Shown here: piece by piece, positions 37,491 to 48,498 of the stretch
How positions within the stretch are numbered: position 1 is the stretch's first letter
Layout: every line of letters starts with the position of its first letter
Assembly (NCBI GenBank): GCA_964542645.1
Contig: CAZIUG010000015.1
Coordinates: forward strand, 150,720 to 214,719
Direction of reading: 5' to 3'
Origin: an uncultured Opitutales bacterium
Lineage (GTDB): Bacteria > Verrucomicrobiota > Verrucomicrobiia > Opitutales > UBA2987
DNA length: 64,000 nt
The notes under the pieces: model-generated
What the model saw: the letters and a program-made list of their open reading frames with translations, nothing else
Told to the model about the DNA's origin: nothing
The model's database searches: none
Position numbers and translations under genes: made by a program

Positions 37491-38966
37491 CTAACGATCC
37501 AGCCACCATAACTGAGACCAGTATTGGCCTCCTTCATTCTTTTGGAGTGCGCCGGGTGTACTGCGTCCATTTCTAACGTAGAAGGTCAACAGTTCAGTTA
37601 ATTCCCCAACGATTTCAGGATGGTCCGCTGCAATATTATGCTGCTCGCCAATATCAGTCTGTAAATCGTAGAGTTGAAGTGGAGAAAGGCCTTCACAATC
37701 TGACCCAGGTTTCGGATAACTCCAACCACCCGAACCAGGACACATTTCCAGTTTCCAACGACCTTTACGAATGGCCAGCGAACCGTCTAGAGATGAATGA
37801 ACAGTTGCCTCCCGCAGCGACCTGTCTAATACCTGGCCGCGCCAGGCGGGTAGATTACTAACGCTATCCTCAGCAGCAGTATCTGGTAGGGACTCGCCCA
37901 TCATATCAGCACAGGTAGCCAATAAATCAACCAAACAAACTGTCTCATCCGAGACCGAACCTGCCTGGATGGTCTTCGGCCAACGAATCAGAAAAGGAAT
38001 CCGGTGCCCGCCTTCAAAGATATCAGTCTTATACCCGCGAAAGATGTAGCTCGGTTCGTGACCTAGCATTTGGAGCTCATCTAACCCTACCTTAAATGAG
38101 CAACCATTATCGCTGGTAAAAATGAGGATGGTATTATCGACCAAACCGTTGCGGTCAAGCGCAGTCATAATTTGACCCACTACATCATCGACCTGAAGAC
38201 AGAAATCACCGTAGGAATTGGTCCCAGATTTTCCCAGAAATTCGTCGGTTGGTATAATCGGGAGATGCGGCGCGGTTAAGGGGAAGTAGAGGAAGAATGG
38301 CCCGCCGGTTTTAGACTGTTCATCGATATAGCTCACAGCTTTTTGGGTCAGGTTGGACAAAACGTCGCGATGTAAAAAATCGGGAGCAATAACCCCGGCC
38401 CGGACCTGCTCTTTGCCACTACGTGCGGCTATCTCGCGATTGGGTTGGGCTGAAACCCGGTCATTTTCCACATACACATACGGTTCCACATCCAATGAGG
38501 CACTCAGGCCATAAAAATAATCAAACCCAACACTGATCGGGCCATCCTCAATGGGCTGGGTAAAATCAACGTTCTTCCCAGTAAGGCCTTTTTCATCAGT
38601 GTCATCATTATGTCTGGCCCAAGACCACCCAAGATGCCACTTGCCAACGCATGCGGTATGGTAGTCGTGTTGCTTGAGAAACGAGGCTACAGTCAACCGT
38701 CCCGGCTCTATCAGCGGACCAGAATAGCCCATGGTTACGCCCTGTTTCAAAGCCGATCTCCAGTTGTAGCGTCCGGTCAAAATACTGTACCGTGATGGTG
38801 TACACATCGCGGACGAAGCGTGGGTATCACGGCAAGCCATTCCATCGCTAGCCAGACGGTCCAGATGTTTCGTACGAATCTTAGAGTCGGGGTTTAGACA
38901 ACTTAAATCACCGTAACCCATATCGTCGGCTAGGATGTAAATGATATTCGGTTTTTCAATGTCCAT
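37491..38966 (-). CDS. arylsulfatase-family sulfatase (formylglycine type), no signal peptide
   Basis: NIIYILADDMGYGDLSC, active-site CTPSRYSILTG, GKWHLG and FTSDNG are present. The N-terminus MDIEKPNIIY lacks a signal peptide. Confidence 0.9.
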   Translation of the reverse strand: MDIEKPNIIYILADDMGYGDLSCLNPDSKIRTKHLDRLASDGMACRDTHASSAMCTPSRYSILTGRYNWRSALKQGVTMGYSGPLIEPGRLTVASFLKQHDYHTACVGKWHLGWSWARHNDDTDEKGLTGKNVDFTQPIEDGPISVGFDYFYGLSASLDVEPYVYVENDRVSAQPNREIAARSGKEQVRAGVIAPDFLHRDVLSNLTQKAVSYIDEQSKTGGPFFLYFPLTAPHLPIIPTDEFLGKSGTNSYGDFCLQVDDVVGQIMTALDRNGLVDNTILIFTSDNGCSFKVGLDELQMLGHEPSYIFRGYKTDIFEGGHRIPFLIRWPKTIQAGSVSDETVCLVDLLATCADMMGESLPDTAAEDSVSNLPAWRGQVLDRSLREATVHSSLDGSLAIRKGRWKLEMCPGSGGWSYPKPGSDCEGLSPLQLYDLQTDIGEQHNIAADHPEIVGELTELLTFYVRNGRSTPGALQKNEGGQYWSQLWWLDR

Positions 38967-39351
38967 GCTGAACCGAATCTTTGAAATATTGAATTCGTGA
39001 GCAATTAAATTCGGAGCGATGAGAATAGCGAATCCGGTTGATTTTCAGTGCACTCTTTCACGTTGATTGCCCACCATAAAACTACCTGTTCTCCCAGAAA
39101 GGTCAGGCTGAATCAGTGCCTGGGGTGATTGTGGTTATAGATCAGTCAATGCTCCACCGTGTTCTTGTTTGGTTCTGGAAAGCTCAATACGAATGCAGAA
39201 ATTAAAAAAAAAGAGCATCGGTCTATCTATTATAGATGTTTTACTCTTCTGCAGCGATTGAATGTCTACAGTTAAACCTTATCCCGTCCCTAAAAGAAGT
39301 GTTAGCTAAGCAGGTCAACTCATTTGATACTATCAAGTCATGAGTTGAAAA

Positions 39352-39425
39352 TGGCTGCCCGGCCAGGGCTCGAACCTGGACTAACTGAGCCAGAACCAGT
39401 CGTGCTACCATTACACCACCAGGCA
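39352..39425 (-). tRNA. tRNA-Gln (anticodon CUG)
   Basis: Manual cloverleaf on the reverse strand: acceptor TGCCTGG/CCGGGCA (U1-A72, as in bacterial tRNA-Gln), anticodon stem ACTGG/TCAGT with loop TTCTGGC, T arm CCAGG-TTCGAGC-CCTGG, and an encoded CCA. Confidence 0.95.
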
Positions 39426-39879
39426 GAAAAAATTCCGGTATGGGATCTCATCGTCGACAGAGCCTATAACGAAATCAAAGCTTCAGGATCGACAATACGA
39501 TAATTCTCAAGATTTGACCTCAAACAAATGAATAACTTAGAACCAGATGACAATTCGGAATTTCTGTGAAAACCGATTGTCAAAGTCTTTTTTAGTTACA
39601 GGAACCAGGAGTTGATTTGATCAAAAATAAATTTGTATTTGTCTAGTGAATTCATGGATTCCCAGACAGATGCCAAACCACATTCAGAAGCTCTAAGATC
39701 AAAAAGATTGAATGTAGTATACCGATATTGAAAAATACTATCGGATTCCGGACCATTTACCCGAATGAAATAATTGCAGCTTATGTTAACCCTTCTTTCT
39801 ACTTGCATCAACTCCTGTCCGTTGCGTTTTTTAAATTTGAAGGTTTATGAAATCTTCAGGTGATGACTAGGCAAGAAAC

Positions 39880-42315
39880 ATGTCTCAAAGACTGACAGGA
39901 ATGTCTCGTGGAAAGTCGAGTTGTGGGAAGTGGCCACCAGTGATTTGCAGTGGTTCAAGAGGGTTGGTTGCAGCATCACTGATTCTAATACTCGTCGCAT
40001 GCACAACGACCCCTGAAAGTGAAGAGAACGGCTCTGGAGGGGTTTCCAAGGCGAGCAGTTCACAGACACTATTTAGAATGGGAATGGCACATGCTAACGG
40101 CGATGGAGTTGGTTTGAACTACAGTCGCGCCGCTCAATTTTACCAACGTGCTGCCGACGAAGGCCACGCTCAGGCACAGTATCAGTTAGCTCTACTCTAC
40201 AGCTCTGGACTAGGGGTTCGACAGGACGTTGGGGAGTCAGTGAAGTGGCTTCAGGCGGCTTCCAAACAGAATCATGTCCTGGCGCAATACACCTTGGGTT
40301 CAATCTACCTAAAGGGGGTCGGCGTGAAGCGCGATCTTGTCGAATCACATCGGTGGTATGGTGCGGCAGCTCGTCAAGGATTCGCTGATGCGCAGTTTGT
40401 ATTAGGAGTGATGGCGGCTGAGGGTCAGGGAATAGAGGCAAATCCCAAGTTAGCTTTCGAATGGCTGCGGCAAGCTGCAAGACAGGACCACATTCCTGCC
40501 CAAAACTACATAGGAGCGATCTTTTACAATGGTTATGGTGTGGAACAGGATTTTCAGAAAGCTCGAGAGTGGTATCTCAGGGCAGCAGATCAGGGAGATC
40601 TCCGGGCAAATTTTCTACTTGGGCTAATGTCCACCTTAGGCCAAGGGGTAACACAAGATTTCGAAGCAGCCCTAGGCTGGTTTCGAAAAGGAGCAGAGCT
40701 GGGAGATCCCAATTCACAACTCAAGGTAGGAGAATTCTATGGAGCTGGGACCGGAGTCGTCCAAGATCTAGCGGAAGCGGCTCGTTGGTATGAAAAAGCA
40801 GCCGAGGGTGGACATGTCGATGCGCAATATAAGTTGGGGGTAGCTTACTCAACCGGGAAGGGAGTGGCGAAGGTGAAAGAGGAGGCATACAAGTGGTTCC
40901 TCTACGCGGGAGAGCAAGGACACGCGGCTGCCCAAACCAGTGTGGGGCGATGCTTTGAAAGTGGATTTGGCATAAATCTGGATCTGGGAGAAGCGGCCAA
41001 ATGGTATCGTCAATCTGCTGAGCAAGGATACGCGCCAGCTCAATTCTACCTGGCCAACTTGTATGTTTCCGGTCAAGGCGTGCCCAAAGATCATGCCGAA
41101 GCAGTTCGTTTATTCACCCTAGCGGCAGAACAGGACCACGTCCTGTCTCAATTAAATCTTGCGGCAGCCTACGAGGAGGGAACTGGTGTGGGAAGAGATT
41201 ACGAAGAAGCCCTCCGCCTGTACAAATTGGCTGCAGAACAGGCCAGTCCGCTAACCGAGACCGAATTAGGGCGGGCCTTTCTTCGAGGAGCGGATGCAAG
41301 GAAATCAGATCCAGAAAAAGCTCAGTTGCATTTTGATCGGGCACTTTCAATGAATCCTACGTATATTCCTGCACTCTTCAGCCGAGGACTCGCAAAACAA
41401 CAATTAGGAGAGATAGAAGCAGCCTTAACTGACTTTAATAGTATTCTCGCGGTAGATCCTAAATCGATGGTTGGATTGATGGCTCAAGGAAACCTTAAAG
41501 TGCGGATGGGTGACATAGAGGGTGCGATTGCAGATTTCACTGAAGTGATTCAGCTCTATCCCAATCAGGGCGCCGCCTTCCGGCAGCGGGGTTGGGCTTT
41601 AGAAAAGCTGGGCTACGTAGAGAGAGCAATAGCCGACTTTTCCAAAGTGATTGAAATTGGTCCAAAATCCGCTGATGCTTTTGTGACACGAGCAAAACTG
41701 AAAGTTAAAAAAGGAGCATTGGAGAGTGCATTTCAAGACCTGGATGAAGCGATAGCCCTATCTCCTGATGATTACACAGCTTATCTTGAAAGAGGATTCT
41801 ATAGCTACGTTTCGGGAACTTTAGAAATCGCCTTTATTGATCTCACAAAAGCTCTGGAACTTGACCTGGAACCGGACGGAAGGGACTACATCAGCCTTTG
41901 GCTCTGGATGACGCTCACCCAAATGGGTGAGTCATCCAAAGCAGATGGAATACTGAGTGAACACGTCAAAGCGAGAAATTCTGAAAATGGTGAAGAGTGG
42001 TATCTGTACTTGGCAGCCTTTTTACTCGATTCTATTGATGAAACACGTCTTTTAGATCTAGCTCGCTCCTCACAACCCGAAAAACAAGCCGAGTATCTTT
42101 GCGAGGCTTATTTCTACACTGGGAACAAGCGTCTCCTTAATGGCGATATTGGAGGTGCTCTAAAGATGCTGGAACTGTGCCTGGAAACGAGAGTTAATCA
42201 ATTCTACGAGTATTCTGGAGCCAAGGTACAACTTGCCCGATTTTCTCAGCAATTATCTACCCCCCCCGTCCAAGGAAATTCCATTGACCACGGTGAGGCT
42301 TCTTTCCCTCCTTAA
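39880..42315 (+). CDS. Sel1-repeat plus TPR-repeat lipoprotein
   Basis: Lipobox LILILVAC. It is followed by about a dozen Sel1-type repeats (A..WY.KAA.QG...AQ..LG..Y..G.GV..D) and then TPR-like repeats in the C-terminal half. 811 aa. Confidence 0.85.
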   Translation: MSQRLTGMSRGKSSCGKWPPVICSGSRGLVAASLILILVACTTTPESEENGSGGVSKASSSQTLFRMGMAHANGDGVGLNYSRAAQFYQRAADEGHAQAQYQLALLYSSGLGVRQDVGESVKWLQAASKQNHVLAQYTLGSIYLKGVGVKRDLVESHRWYGAAARQGFADAQFVLGVMAAEGQGIEANPKLAFEWLRQAARQDHIPAQNYIGAIFYNGYGVEQDFQKAREWYLRAADQGDLRANFLLGLMSTLGQGVTQDFEAALGWFRKGAELGDPNSQLKVGEFYGAGTGVVQDLAEAARWYEKAAEGGHVDAQYKLGVAYSTGKGVAKVKEEAYKWFLYAGEQGHAAAQTSVGRCFESGFGINLDLGEAAKWYRQSAEQGYAPAQFYLANLYVSGQGVPKDHAEAVRLFTLAAEQDHVLSQLNLAAAYEEGTGVGRDYEEALRLYKLAAEQASPLTETELGRAFLRGADARKSDPEKAQLHFDRALSMNPTYIPALFSRGLAKQQLGEIEAALTDFNSILAVDPKSMVGLMAQGNLKVRMGDIEGAIADFTEVIQLYPNQGAAFRQRGWALEKLGYVERAIADFSKVIEIGPKSADAFVTRAKLKVKKGALESAFQDLDEAIALSPDDYTAYLERGFYSYVSGTLEIAFIDLTKALELDLEPDGRDYISLWLWMTLTQMGESSKADGILSEHVKARNSENGEEWYLYLAAFLLDSIDETRLLDLARSSQPEKQAEYLCEAYFYTGNKRLLNGDIGGALKMLELCLETRVNQFYEYSGAKVQLARFSQQLSTPPVQGNSIDHGEASFPP

Positions 42316-42733
42316 TAAAGGCGTTAGTACAAAAGGAAAAGGGCCACTGTTTTTCTTTTTCCGGATAGATTAATTCAAATACATCGGGTTGAGAAGCAGA
42401 TCTCGCCGCACTCACCAAGAAGTACGTCACCCATCCATAGGACTTCCATAAATGCAAAATGCCTCGGCTCTAGAATTAGGCGGCATCCCCTATCGCTACC
42501 AGGATCAAACGTTAATTTGATGAACATAGATTCCACAAAAAGTAACGATTTTCCCACTTACCTATTAACCTAAATGAAACCTTGCCTATTAGAATTTTTC
42601 GGCTTTAAAGGATGCCCTTTGGTGCTGATCTTCATGATTATCGGAACCGCGTTCTGGAAATCTTGTGAATAAGATCAGCCCAGGAAACCTTATTTGGTAG
42701 CACTTACATGATCAGGAATAAGTCTGTAGAGAT

Positions 42734-43726
42734 ATGCAAACTACAATTAGCGAAATAAACGAACGCGTTAAGGAAACCTCGGGTTGGATCAAACTTATAA
42801 AAACCGAGATTGGCCGAGTTATCGTCGGACAACAGTATCTCATTGATCGACTTCTTATCGGATTAATTACGAATGGCCACGTTCTGCTTGAAGGGGTTCC
42901 TGGACTAGCCAAGACTCTCTCTATACGCACTCTAGCCGCAGCCATAAATGTCCAGTTTCAACGAATTCAATTTACGCCTGATCTCCTTCCAGCGGATATA
43001 ATTGGCACTCTCATATATAATCCAAGAGAGGGTAAATTTTCGACCAAGAAAGGGCCAGTTTTCACTAATCTTTTACTAGCCGACGAGATAAATCGTTCTC
43101 CCGCTAAAGTGCAAAGCGCTCTCCTTGAAAGTATGCAGGAGCATCAGGTTACAATAGGGGAGACAACTTACCCCCTCCCGAACCCGTTTCTCGTCCTCGC
43201 TACTGAGAATCCGATCGATCAGGAAGGGACATATTCACTCCCAGAGGCTCAAATCGACAGATTTATGTTGAAGCTGATAATCGACTATCCTTCGCGTCAG
43301 GAAGAGCGACAGATTCTCGACCGTATGGCAACAACCTCACCCAATACCGAGGTAAATTCCGTTATCAATCCCGATACGATTCTTGAATCAAGAAAAATTG
43401 TTAATGATATCTATATAGATGAAAAAGTGCGGGACTATATCGTAGAAATTATTTTTGCCACTCGAGTACCCGATAAATTCGGACTACAGGAAATTCGAGA
43501 TTTCATCCAATACGGAGCCTCCCCTCGAGCTACTATCTCACTCACACTAGCAGCAAAGGCGTGGGCTTTCCTCCAGGGTCGGGGTTATGTAACACCCCAA
43601 GATGTTAAATCAATTGGCATGGATGTCCTCAGGCACCGCGTTATAATTAGCTATGAGGCCGAAGCAGAAGATATGTCTAGTGAAGATATTATTCGCTCAG
43701 TATTCGACACAATACCTGTTCCATAA
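42734..43726 (+). CDS. moxR: MoxR-family AAA+ ATPase
   Basis: HVLLEGVPGLAKT (Walker A), LLADEINRSPAKVQSALLE (Walker B region), ATENPIDQEGTYSLPEAQIDRF and GASPRA are present. 330 aa. Confidence 0.92.
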   Translation: MQTTISEINERVKETSGWIKLIKTEIGRVIVGQQYLIDRLLIGLITNGHVLLEGVPGLAKTLSIRTLAAAINVQFQRIQFTPDLLPADIIGTLIYNPREGKFSTKKGPVFTNLLLADEINRSPAKVQSALLESMQEHQVTIGETTYPLPNPFLVLATENPIDQEGTYSLPEAQIDRFMLKLIIDYPSRQEERQILDRMATTSPNTEVNSVINPDTILESRKIVNDIYIDEKVRDYIVEIIFATRVPDKFGLQEIRDFIQYGASPRATISLTLAAKAWAFLQGRGYVTPQDVKSIGMDVLRHRVIISYEAEAEDMSSEDIIRSVFDTIPVP

Positions 43727-43916
43727 CGACATAACCCTTTGAATCAATTTTGGCCGATTTCTCTTTCTATCAATATTCGGCAGTAGGCTTGGGCTTGCTT
43801 ATGTATTCTGCATATAGCCCAATCAAAGCAGTAAATTCGGTATAATTTTAAACGGAGTCATCAAAAGACTTGGAAACCCACCAGCCAGACGCTCGAGGTT
43901 TACTTTAAAGGGAAGC

Positions 43917-44849
43917 ATGCCTGAATCCGCAGAAGTTACTCGAGAGATCCTAAGGAAGGTCCGCCAGGTCGAGATTCGTAGTCGTCGATTCGTAACCGAA
44001 ACGATGGGTGGTGCATATCACAGCGTCTTCAAGGGTCAAGGGATGGACTTGGAGGATGTCCGCGAATACGCAACCGGGGACGACGTCAGAGATATCGATT
44101 GGAACATTACTGCCAAGATGGATAAACCCTTCGTTAAGAAATATCGCGAGGAGAGAGAGCTTACTATCATGCTTTGTGTTGATCTTAGCGCTTCTGGAAA
44201 CTTTGGATCAACCGATCAAAGCAAGCGTGATATAGCCGCCGAATTAGCCAGTGTACTTGCTTTTTCGGCAACTCGTAACAATGACAAGGTTGGATTACTC
44301 CTTTTCACCGATAAGATTGAAAAAGTGATTCTCCCCAAAAAGGGACGACAGCATGTTCTTCGTGTGATCCGAGAAGTTCTATTCTTCGAGCCAACAAATT
44401 CTGGGACAAATATTGTCCTCGCCCTTAACACTCTGAACAAGATCCTGCGTCGCAAATCTATCTTATTCCTACTCTCTGATTTTTTAACTGAGGATTCCCT
44501 CTCTTGGATACGACCCTCTATCACGACCTATGGCGATCTTTTCAAAACCGTTACCTTGACGAATAAGCGACACGACTTAATTTGTGTTGAAATCTCAGAC
44601 CCCAGAGAATTCGAGCTACCGAATGTTGGGATTATTAATCTCGAGGATGCGGAGTCGGGTGAGACGGTTGAAGTTGATACCGGAAATAGCGAGTATCGGA
44701 TCCTTTATAAACAGCAGAATCAACGAAGACGGGTTTCCTTAAAGCGAGGATTCCAACAAAGTGGAGTCGACCATCTTTCAGTCTCAACCGATCGCCATTA
44801 CATCACTGCATTGAGGGAATTTTTTCGCTTACGTGAGAGACGAAAATGA
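43917..44849 (+). CDS. DUF58 protein (vWA-like partner of MoxR)
   Basis: The DUF58 hallmark VREYATGDDVRDIDWNITAK, followed by a vWA-like LCVDLSASG. Its position directly after moxR fits the family. Confidence 0.85.
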   Translation: MPESAEVTREILRKVRQVEIRSRRFVTETMGGAYHSVFKGQGMDLEDVREYATGDDVRDIDWNITAKMDKPFVKKYREERELTIMLCVDLSASGNFGSTDQSKRDIAAELASVLAFSATRNNDKVGLLLFTDKIEKVILPKKGRQHVLRVIREVLFFEPTNSGTNIVLALNTLNKILRRKSILFLLSDFLTEDSLSWIRPSITTYGDLFKTVTLTNKRHDLICVEISDPREFELPNVGIINLEDAESGETVEVDTGNSEYRILYKQQNQRRRVSLKRGFQQSGVDHLSVSTDRHYITALREFFRLRERRK

Positions 44850-45622
44850 GAAGTCATTCTGCCCTTTTTCTGCTGTTCCTTTGTCTCTTCGGAATGCAAA
44901 TCTCGAAAGAGACGGCTTTATGCGGTGAAATTAAAGGATTGGAACCTCAAGGTTATACGAACCCTCGACGGAGTCCTCTCATCCAATTCTCCCAAGAGTC
45001 TCAGGCCTCTTTCCCATCTCTAGCCCAATTGTCAGTTCCTTCTCTAGATCCGCAGGCTGAGGATATACGAGATATTCGCAATCTTCTGATAATTCCAATT
45101 CCATGGCTTCCCTACGCTATTACCTTGGCAGTAACGGCTGGACTACTTCTTCTTGGATTTTTCATCTTCCGTTGTGTCATGAATCGCAAGAAGAAGGCAA
45201 ATAAACCAATCCTTCCTCCTTATGAACAGGCCCTTATCGATCTCCACTCCACCCGGTCCCTAATTGATTCGGCCCAAGACAAGGAATTTTCCTCGGCTGT
45301 CTCAGACGTCGTACGTTACTTCCTTGAACGTCAGTTTAACATGCCGGCTCCAGAATCAACCACTGAGGAATTCCTCCATAAAATCACGGATGACAGACTC
45401 ATAAAAGGCAAATTAGCCGATGCATTTTCGGAGTTCTTGGTTGTCTGTGACTTAGCTAAATTCGCCCGTCATTCCCACGGTCGGGTTGGCATGCAGGAAC
45501 TTTACCGAAAAGCAGAAAGTCTAATTGAAGAAACCTACCTCAAGCACCGAATGCAGATTTCCGTCCTCGGAACTAAACAAAATGCAAAAACAGTATCTAA
45601 GACGGTAGAATTGACTCAATGA
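44846..45622 (+). CDS. membrane protein, DUF4381-like (Bat operon component)
   Basis: A single central TM helix followed by TTEEFL...CDLAKFA, the pattern I associate with DUF4381. It has 4-nt overlaps with both neighbouring genes. Confidence 0.6.
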   Translation: MRSHSALFLLFLCLFGMQISKETALCGEIKGLEPQGYTNPRRSPLIQFSQESQASFPSLAQLSVPSLDPQAEDIRDIRNLLIIPIPWLPYAITLAVTAGLLLLGFFIFRCVMNRKKKANKPILPPYEQALIDLHSTRSLIDSAQDKEFSSAVSDVVRYFLERQFNMPAPESTTEEFLHKITDDRLIKGKLADAFSEFLVVCDLAKFARHSHGRVGMQELYRKAESLIEETYLKHRMQISVLGTKQNAKTVSKTVELTQ

Positions 45623-46647
45623 TTTTTAGATTTGAATCCAGCGATTTGCTCTGGTTCCTCCTCGCAATCCCGCTCCTTGCTCTTCTGAAAGGCAAGCGTG
45701 GAGCATCAGCTGCTGTCCAATTTCCTGCTACTGAACTGGCTAAACAAATCTCTTCTTTCGTGCGCAGCCGCCCAGGACGACTCCTACCCTATCTACGTCT
45801 TCTAGCTCTCAGCTGCCTAATCTTGGCTCTCGCTCGCCCGCAAGTAGGAAGCGGCATCAGCGAAATCGAATCGAGCGGGATAGATATAGTTCTCGCAGTT
45901 GATCTTTCGACATCAATGTGGGCCCATGATTTTAAAATTAAGGGAAAACGTACTGATCGACTAACGGTAGTTAAAGCAGTTGTAAAAGACTTTATAGTGA
46001 AACGTCCCAACGATCGAATCGGGCTTGTGGCATTCGCTGGAATCTCCTCCTTAGTTAGTCCTCTAACCCTAAATCACGAGTGGCTCTTGCAGAACCTTGA
46101 ACGACTTAGGATTGGTATTTTAGAGGATGGAACCGCAATTGGAACTGCAATTGGAACCAGTGTGAACCGTTTGCGTATCCAGAAAGCAAAGAGCCGAATT
46201 CTTATTGTTCTAACTGACGGAGCTAATAATGCAGGCAAGATCAGTCCTCTCGCTGCCGCCGAAGCAGCTAATGCATACAACATCAAAATTTATACGATTG
46301 GGGCTGGCCAAGAAGGGGTGGTTCCGGTCCCTAGAGGCCTCGATCCTAATGGAAACCCATTATTTGACCGTAACGGGAAATTACTTCTCAAGAATATACA
46401 ATCGGATATTGACCTCGATTCGCTCAAAGAGATTGCCCGACTTACCCGAGCACGATTTTTCCACGCCACTGACACTACTTCACTGGAGGAGATATACCAC
46501 GAAATAGATCGCCTGGAAAAATCAGAGATTAAGCTGAAACATCGCACTAATTTCACAGACATTTTTATGTGGCCTGCGATAGCTGGGCTTTCTCTCCTAG
46601 TTCTCGAGCAATTGATGAGTAACACCTTTTATCGCCGAATTCCTTAA
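45619..46647 (+). CDS. batA: vWA-domain membrane protein BatA
   Basis: N-terminal TM helices, MIDAS motif VDLSTSM, ILIVLTDGANN and a C-terminal TM helix. 342 aa. Confidence 0.85.
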   Translation: MIFRFESSDLLWFLLAIPLLALLKGKRGASAAVQFPATELAKQISSFVRSRPGRLLPYLRLLALSCLILALARPQVGSGISEIESSGIDIVLAVDLSTSMWAHDFKIKGKRTDRLTVVKAVVKDFIVKRPNDRIGLVAFAGISSLVSPLTLNHEWLLQNLERLRIGILEDGTAIGTAIGTSVNRLRIQKAKSRILIVLTDGANNAGKISPLAAAEAANAYNIKIYTIGAGQEGVVPVPRGLDPNGNPLFDRNGKLLLKNIQSDIDLDSLKEIARLTRARFFHATDTTSLEEIYHEIDRLEKSEIKLKHRTNFTDIFMWPAIAGLSLLVLEQLMSNTFYRRIP

Positions 46648-46649
46648 TC

Positions 46650-48497
46650 ATGAATTTTGACCAAAGTATTTGGCTTTTCCTCGCTATCGCCACCTTTCCG
46701 GTATTAACGCTTCTCTACATCCAAGCAGAAAAATTGAAGAGAAATCGCCTCGAGGCATTTGCTGCCTTCAAACTTCTTTCAAATCTTGCCGCCTCCGTCA
46801 GCCCGGTAAAACGAAACATCAAGGCAGGCCTTGTAATCGTCGCATCCTGCCTGATTCTAATCGCCTTGGCACGCCCACATTGGGGCTACTATTGGCAAGA
46901 GACAAAAGGCAAAGGGATCGACATTCTCATAGCCCTTGATACTTCGAAAAGCATGCTTGCGGAAGACATTAAACCGAACCGCATCGAGCGGGCTAAACTA
47001 GCCATCCTCGACCTTGTAGACCGTATTGAGGGAGACCGAGTGGGGTTGATCGCCTTTTCCGGAAGCGCCTTTCTACAATGTCCTCTGACTCTCGACTACA
47101 ATGCATTTCGCCTGACCCTGGAGACAATCAATACTTCCGTTATATCTCGTGGAGGAACAAACTTTTCCGCTGCCATAGCAGAGGCTCAGGCATCATTCGC
47201 TGCAGATGATAACTTCAAAGTCCTCGTATTAATAACGGACGGCGAAGATCTCGAAGCGGCAGGCATAGAACAAGCTAAACTAGCAGCTAGAGAAGGGGTT
47301 AAGATTTACACAGTTGGAGTGGGGAGCCCCGGCGGGGAACTTATACCATTTCGTGGATTAAACGGCAGCATGGATTTTCTCCGTGATGATAAGGGTAACG
47401 TTATCAAAACAAGATTGGATGAAACAACCCTGCGTGAGATTTCCAAAATCACGGACGCATTCTATTTTCCTATGGGGAGCAAAGGTGACGGACTCGAGAA
47501 AGTCTATGAAGTTGGTCTTGATTCGATACCCAAACAGGAGAGGCAAGCTCATATGCAGAAGCTTCCTCATCAGCGGTTTCAGTGGCCCCTAGGTCTCGCC
47601 ATCATTGCACTTATTATAGAGTCTCTTATTAGTTCTAGAAAGTACGCAAGGCGTCGCCCATCTCCAAATATTGGGCTTTTCCTGTTTCCATTCCTAATTC
47701 TTTGCCTTGTTGGCTCTAAAACAGTTGATGCCTCTCCTGCAAAGGCGGAGAAGTTCTATAACGAAGGAAACTATCTGGATGCCAAGGAGAACTATAGAGA
47801 AGCAATTGAAAAATCCCCTGGTGACAAACGGCTTTACTATAATCTAGGCTCGACGGAATATCGCGATGGATCATTTGATGAGGCGGAGAAAGCCTTCCGA
47901 TTAGCGCTTGAAACCGACGATATCGATATCCAGAAAAACACTTTCTATAATCTTGGAAATACGCGCTACCGCATGGGGGAAAAATCTTTAAAAACCCATC
48001 CGGAAGACACTATTAAATTATGGGAGCAGGGCATTAAAGACTACAAGAATACACTCAACCTCGACCCAGAGAACGAAGATGCTGAGTTCAATCTAGATTT
48101 TATTACCGAAAAACTCGAGGCTTTGAAAAAGCAACTGGAACAACAGAATCAGGAAAAGGAAGAGAATCAGACCGAACACAGCCAAAATCAGGATAACACG
48201 AGCGAGGAGCGAGAGGGTCAGGAGAAACACCAAGACAAAAAAAACAATCAAGCGCAACCAGGTAAACAAAACTCTCAAGAGGGGAAAGGGAAATCCGAAG
48301 ACCTACCAAAAGAAACCAACGAAAAGGAAGAACTGGAAGAAGATCAGTGGGAAAGAAAATCCCACGGGCTCATGACACGTGAAGAAGCACGTCAGCTCCT
48401 CGAATCTCTTAGAAACGAGGAAAAGAAACTTCCAATAACAATTTTCGAGTTCCCGGATAAAAGAGATTCAGAGAGTCGGAACCTGAAGGATTGGTAA
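46650..48497 (+). CDS. batB: vWA plus TPR protein (BatB-BatC fusion) with a charged low-complexity tail
   Basis: N-terminal TM helices, MIDAS motif LDTSKSM, VLITDGED, a central TM helix, TPR repeats, and then a K/E/Q/N-rich tail. Confidence 0.8.
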   Translation: MNFDQSIWLFLAIATFPVLTLLYIQAEKLKRNRLEAFAAFKLLSNLAASVSPVKRNIKAGLVIVASCLILIALARPHWGYYWQETKGKGIDILIALDTSKSMLAEDIKPNRIERAKLAILDLVDRIEGDRVGLIAFSGSAFLQCPLTLDYNAFRLTLETINTSVISRGGTNFSAAIAEAQASFAADDNFKVLVLITDGEDLEAAGIEQAKLAAREGVKIYTVGVGSPGGELIPFRGLNGSMDFLRDDKGNVIKTRLDETTLREISKITDAFYFPMGSKGDGLEKVYEVGLDSIPKQERQAHMQKLPHQRFQWPLGLAIIALIIESLISSRKYARRRPSPNIGLFLFPFLILCLVGSKTVDASPAKAEKFYNEGNYLDAKENYREAIEKSPGDKRLYYNLGSTEYRDGSFDEAEKAFRLALETDDIDIQKNTFYNLGNTRYRMGEKSLKTHPEDTIKLWEQGIKDYKNTLNLDPENEDAEFNLDFITEKLEALKKQLEQQNQEKEENQTEHSQNQDNTSEEREGQEKHQDKKNNQAQPGKQNSQEGKGKSEDLPKETNEKEELEEDQWERKSHGLMTREEARQLLESLRNEEKKLPITIFEFPDKRDSESRNLKDW

Positions 48498-48498
48498 T

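Noticed and set aside
39426-39879. AT-rich 450-bp region next to tRNA-Gln, with a 71-aa ORF (39596-39811), as a possible integration scar or small gene.
   Set aside because: I could see no duplicated tRNA 3' segment and no recombinase. The ORF has no motifs or RBS. It is more likely the promoter region of the Sel1/TPR gene.
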